Shown: one piece after another, positions 60,222-64,000 of the stretch | Position numbering within the stretch: the first letter of the stretch is position 1 | Layout: each line of letters begins with the position of its first letter | Virus record (IMG/VR): IMGVR_UViG_3300028591_000074 | Location: 189,528 to 253,527 of that record | DNA length: 64,000 bases | DNA from: a virus | Lineage: Duplodnaviria; Caudoviricetes | Direction: 5' to 3' (one strand) | Notes under the pieces: model-generated | Databases searched by the model: none | Told to the model about the DNA's origin: nothing | Seen by the model: only the letters and a program-made list of their open reading frames with translations | Made by a program: the position numbers and the translations under genes

Positions 60222-60494
60222 TTAAGATTCATTCGTTGGAATATCCCCATCATACTTCCGCATGATATCACGCAAAATCTCTGCATGATTTAATTCATCT
60301 GAAATAATTTCCCGTATATGGTCAATAGATTCTTGATCATCATGCATTTCAAAGAATGGTATCAATTTCTGATATCCCTCTACGGCATCCCACTCACCTT
60401 TCAAATTCAAAGCAATCTGAGATGCCGTAGTAAACTTATTCTCATTATCCAATACTATTGCAGTATCGGCAGATGATTTAATATATCGTTTCAT
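60222..60494 (-). CDS. MKRYIKS-leader ferritin-like protein
   Basis: Paralog of 25865-26131. Confidence 0.7.
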   Translation of the reverse strand: MKRYIKSSADTAIVLDNENKFTTASQIALNLKGEWDAVEGYQKLIPFFEMHDDQESIDHIREIISDELNHAEILRDIMRKYDGDIPTNES

Positions 60495-60674
60495 AAGATA
60501 TAGTCCTTATCGTATTCTATTCATAATCATATGCATAGTCAATTCCATACTCACCATCTGGTCCAATATTAGCATACGGAACTACTTCTATAGTTGCAGA
60601 ATAGAGTACAGAATCTTTATATACATCATCTGGGATGTTTGCATAATGTGAATGCGGATGGGAATCTACTGCTA

Positions 60675-61211
60675 CTACACCACATAATAATCAGTTCCAT
60701 CGACTATACTCTGCACATGTTCATCAAGACTTGTTAAAATCTTTTCCTTCATCTGCCAATGATCCTTATCCCGTGGAATTGCTACAATTACATCATATTG
60801 CATTCCTGCACCGTTTCCGATTACCTGTTCATCCTCAAGATAAATTGGGGCATAATTGACTCTTGCGTCAATATAGATTTCATCACCAATCTCATCAAAT
60901 GAAAATGCAAAACGATCATCAAGTTCTGTTGCACTTTCAACTGTTTCGTCAACTACAACTTCGTCATAGTCATCAAGCATCATATCTCTTGTATGCTGTC
61001 CGGCACGAAACCATCTTCCACGATTGGATTTAGATCCTGTGTAATTCTTTACTTCTCCTTCCGGAGTATCCCACCTCATGTACTGCCTAGCAACACTATG
61101 ACCATCTTTATACTTCTTTGTTTCGATGAACTTATTTTCATTTCTACGATTCTGATAGGTTCTAACATCAGAAGTTGCGCTTGTGACATTACCTTTGATA
61201 AATCTCTTCAT
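60675..61211 (-). CDS. MKRFIKG-leader protein (possibly frameshifted near its 3' end)
   Basis: GGAGG RBS plus leader; coding-like continuation to about 60517 in another frame. Confidence 0.6.
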   Translation of the reverse strand: MKRFIKGNVTSATSDVRTYQNRRNENKFIETKKYKDGHSVARQYMRWDTPEGEVKNYTGSKSNRGRWFRAGQHTRDMMLDDYDEVVVDETVESATELDDRFAFSFDEIGDEIYIDARVNYAPIYLEDEQVIGNGAGMQYDVIVAIPRDKDHWQMKEKILTSLDEHVQSIVDGTDYYVV

Positions 61212-61234
61212 TTGTATTCCTCCATCTAACAATA

Positions 61235-61774
61235 TTAAAACCTAAGATTACTTCGGTTTACAATAATAACACTATGATTACCATATTTAGGAAAGTCCGG
61301 GTCAATGTAGTAAAAATCATCGAATTCAACTAAAGCATATTCAAGGAGTTCTTTTTCAGTTTCTATTCCAAATTCTGTCACATATTTTTCCAACGGATAT
61401 TCTAAAATAACTGCTGTATCCAAAACAATGAGTTCACCGGATTCATCATTTATTACAGGCATCCCTTCAAATCTGTCAAAATCAAATGATTCTCCAGAAT
61501 TTTCAGCGGCTTCTCCATCATCAAGCCAATCCAAGAAATCATCATCAGTAATATTTGAAACAGCATCCTTATTTTTCGATATGATAGCAACATCCATGCC
61601 AGTCATATCTGAATGAAATAGTCTCCCATATACACCGCCACCATAAATAGGTACACCATTTTCATCATCGTATCCAGAAAGTATATCATCAATATATTGC
61701 TGCAGATACTTCTTTTCGTATACAAATGGTTTACCATTGTTTGTGACACTACTTGATCTAATATAAAGTTTCAT
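61235..61774 (-). CDS. MKLYIRS-leader acidic protein
   Basis: GAGGTG RBS plus leader; first gene after an AACCTT motif. Confidence 0.7.
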   Translation of the reverse strand: MKLYIRSSSVTNNGKPFVYEKKYLQQYIDDILSGYDDENGVPIYGGGVYGRLFHSDMTGMDVAIISKNKDAVSNITDDDFLDWLDDGEAAENSGESFDFDRFEGMPVINDESGELIVLDTAVILEYPLEKYVTEFGIETEKELLEYALVEFDDFYYIDPDFPKYGNHSVIIVNRSNLRF

Positions 61775-61825
61775 ATGTATGTACCACCTCAACGAAATCA
61801 ACTTATATAGATATTAAAGGTTGAA

Positions 61826-62026
61826 TCAATCACATGAACTTCCCTCGTAGTATCTGCACATATATTTACCATCCATCTCATATACAGTACAACTGTATAT
61901 GCCATACCCACAAAGTTGTGATTCAGTAAATATCTTCCCCTTATCTTCAGATGTCACATATCCACGATTCTCCATAGCATGATCGTAAATTTCCTTGCTA
62001 ATTTCTTTATGATAATAATTCAACAT
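61826..62026 (-). CDS. Hypothetical protein
   Basis: GGAGG RBS; CGYGIY..GSSCD. Confidence 0.6.
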   Translation of the reverse strand: MLNYYHKEISKEIYDHAMENRGYVTSEDKGKIFTESQLCGYGIYSCTVYEMDGKYMCRYYEGSSCD

Positions 62027-62041
62027 ACCTGTTTCCTCCTT

Positions 62042-62272
62042 TTACAAATCACTGTTTAGCAGTCCACGCTCCTTCATCATACGAATTGCTTCGGAAATCA
62101 TAGCTTCTTGCAAGTCCGTAGCAAGGTAAGTTATGAAGGTTCCAGATGCATCCATATGTAAGGTATACCTACCGTCAATGAGTACACCGGCTTCACCAAG
62201 TACAGACATGATCGGTACAATAGGTGTTGTTATCTTAACTTTTAGTTTCCGCATCTTGAAGAACATATCCAT
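62042..62272 (-). CDS. Hypothetical protein
   Basis: GAGGTG RBS, then MDMFF. Confidence 0.5.
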   Translation of the reverse strand: MDMFFKMRKLKVKITTPIVPIMSVLGEAGVLIDGRYTLHMDASGTFITYLATDLQEAMISEAIRMMKERGLLNSDL

Positions 62273-62276
62273 AAGA

Positions 62277-62648
62277 TCACCTCTCCTCCGGATAAAATCC
62301 CATAATGGTGTAATACCGATTCCTATATCTCCCATGAACTGCTCTACTCGCAAACATCTTGTAGTAGTCATACAGGTCTTCCGGAAGATCATCAATAGAA
62401 TCTACTTCCGGAATCTCTTCAATGTCACCATGGTACTTGAGATAACCTCTGCCGGTACTTTGTACACGAAGATCCTGTCTATAAATATTCCACATGGTTG
62501 CAGGAATAGTCCAATCAGCATCAATATATCCTACTGACTTTAACACGTCCCGAATGAACTGAGTTGTTATGTTGAGTTCCTTTCGAATATCTTTAATAGA
62601 TACTCCATCTTCAAACAACTCAATGATCTGTCGTTCTTTCTCATACAT
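62277..62648 (-). CDS. HTH-containing protein
   Basis: IIELFEDGVSIKDIRKELNI. Confidence 0.6.
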   Translation of the reverse strand: MYEKERQIIELFEDGVSIKDIRKELNITTQFIRDVLKSVGYIDADWTIPATMWNIYRQDLRVQSTGRGYLKYHGDIEEIPEVDSIDDLPEDLYDYYKMFASRAVHGRYRNRYYTIMGFYPEER

Positions 62649-62772
62649 AATATTGTCCTCCTTGAAATGGAATTCATTGTAATTACATAATACCATATAT
62701 ACTGTGACAAATTTGTCAAAACCTAAATCTTCCCATAATATTAGAACATAGCATTCTGACCGGGATTATCAA

Positions 62773-63141
62773 TTAAAATGTAAGTGCATCCTTGATAGAC
62801 TGCAACTTGTTCCTATAAGTATCACGATCATGTTCAAGTTCAGCGATAACACGTTTCAATTTAAACACTTCATCGCGATATTCGTTTGCAAGGCTCTGAT
62901 TATAATTCCGGCTATCCGTCATAACCTTCAAAGCCTTGTTAGCAGATTCCAATGTCATTTCAAGTTCTTCTGTATGTTTTCTACGAGCATTTGCATACCG
63001 GATAATTCCGCCATCACGTTTCCACTTGGCACACCATTTATCCTTGTCCAGATCACTCTCCATATATTGGGATTCAATCTCCTTGTACTCTTCAGCAGTA
63101 GGATCAAAACCTGTCCTTTCAATAAATTCACTTCTCATCAT
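62773..63141 (-). CDS. Hypothetical coiled-coil protein
   Basis: AAGGAGG RBS, then MMRSEF. Confidence 0.65.
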   Translation of the reverse strand: MMRSEFIERTGFDPTAEEYKEIESQYMESDLDKDKWCAKWKRDGGIIRYANARRKHTEELEMTLESANKALKVMTDSRNYNQSLANEYRDEVFKLKRVIAELEHDRDTYRNKLQSIKDALTF

Positions 63142-63434
63142 ATTCGTGTCCTCCTTATATATTATAAACTCTACAATTATCAGGATTAGCAATCCACTTA
63201 CCAATCCTGGGATTCTCAATTACCAAATATCCATCTGATCTAACTTCACGGACAACTGCTAAGTAATCCATATTGATTACATACATCCCTACTGAAAACT
63301 TCATAATGTGTACCTCCATATTGTAAATTCCTCTATCTGTATATAAGTATATACTATAATACCACATGTGTCAACATATTTTTTAGAAAATATAAAAAAA
63401 ATCTGTGATGATATAAACCATCACAGATTCTTAC

Positions 63435-63523
63435 CGCCTATGGGCAGACTCGAACTGCCACACCGGATTTCCGATTACTCAGAGATTAGCAATCTCCTGC
63501 CTTCCCATTAGGCTTACATAGGC
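63435..63523 (-). tRNA. tRNA-Ser(GCT)
   Basis: Cloverleaf with long variable arm; anticodon loop TTGCTAA. Confidence 0.9.
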
Positions 63524-63530
63524 AATATAG

Positions 63531-63619
63531 TGGGCCGGGTAGGATTCGAACCTACAGTGTTTACCACATGGGTGACGGAGTTACAGTCCGCTGACTTCAC
63601 CAATTTGTCGCACCGACCC
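63531..63619 (-). tRNA. tRNA-Tyr(GTA)
   Basis: Anticodon loop CTGTAAC; T-loop TTCGAAT. Confidence 0.92.
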
Positions 63620-63624
63620 ATAAT

Positions 63625-63711
63625 CGCCGTGGCAGAGAATCGAACTCTGGCTTCCATAACAAGGAAGGACTGTTTTCAGGACAGTGTAGTGCGCCAACCA
63701 CAATCCACGGC
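63625..63711 (-). tRNA. tRNA-Ser(TGA), atypical
   Basis: Anticodon loop CCTGAAA; long variable arm; G73. Confidence 0.75.
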
Positions 63712-63736
63712 ATTTATACAACTTATTTTGAGAAAT

Positions 63737-63808
63737 GGTGACTACTGGGAATCGAACCCAGATCAATGGAATCACAATCCACTGTACTAACCATTGTACT
63801 ATAGTCAC
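63737..63808 (-). tRNA. tRNA-His(GTG), no encoded G-1
   Basis: Anticodon loop TTGTGAT; C73; the -1 base is T. Confidence 0.9.
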
Positions 63809-63810
63809 AG

Positions 63811-63884
63811 TAGTCGCAGTGGGAATCGAACCCTACATCCCCGGATTGAAAGCCCGGTGTCGTAAACCATTTGACTATGCGACC
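63811..63884 (-). tRNA. tRNA-Glu(TTC)
   Basis: Anticodon loop CTTTCAA. Confidence 0.88.
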
Positions 63885-63891
63885 ATTATGA

Positions 63892-64000
63892 TTAAATAGA
63901 TTTCCTTATGATAATATCATCTATTGCTACACCAAAAGCATCAGCAAGGATTACCATGTTATCTATGGTTGGCATGGAATCACCACGGAACCACTTGAAT
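63892..64000 (-). CDS. XRE HTH regulator, C-terminal part (partial)
   Basis: Manual: FKWFRGDSMPTIDNMVILADAFGVAIDDII. Confidence 0.7.
   Translation of the reverse strand, partial: FKWFRGDSMPTIDNMVILADAFGVAIDDIIIRKSI

Noticed and set aside
63530-63808. ORFs 63530-63790 and 63581-63808
   Set aside because: They overlap the tRNA cluster.

Overview
A 64-kb, AT-rich segment of a large tailed phage, probably contractile-tailed. The host is probably a Firmicute (inferred from sigmaA-type TTGACA promoters and strong GAGG/GGAG ribosome binding sites). Almost everything is on the minus strand. Contents: (1) a tail/baseplate/cell-wall-hydrolase operon (1-16.9 kb) carrying an IscB/omegaRNA element; (2) several clusters of small, mostly acidic proteins, about 20 of which share an N-terminal M-K-[RK]-Y-[IV]-[KR]-[SAC] leader and mostly lie behind a recurrent AACCTTnWnTA motif; (3) two IS200/IS605 TnpB elements; (4) a DNA-methylation island (29.9-38.2 kb); (5) a tail-tube gene interrupted by an ORF-less group I intron and flanked by Hef-like endonuclease/GNAT genes; (6) an RNA-repair/tRNA module (Thg1, nucleotidyltransferase, PNK-phosphatase-ligase) and five tRNAs. 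The best candidate for a new system is the methylation island. A C5 methyltransferase is split into an intein-containing catalytic gene and a separate motif IX-X gene. Around them are about 18 free-standing 40-75 aa mini-genes that each resemble one target-recognition domain (TRD) of multispecific phage methyltransferases. Three of these, and an embedded N6A/N4C methyltransferase, are switched by G9/G10 tracts. The second candidate is the shared-leader family, which looks like capsid-targeted cargo. All family assignments come from motif recognition by eye, not database searches.
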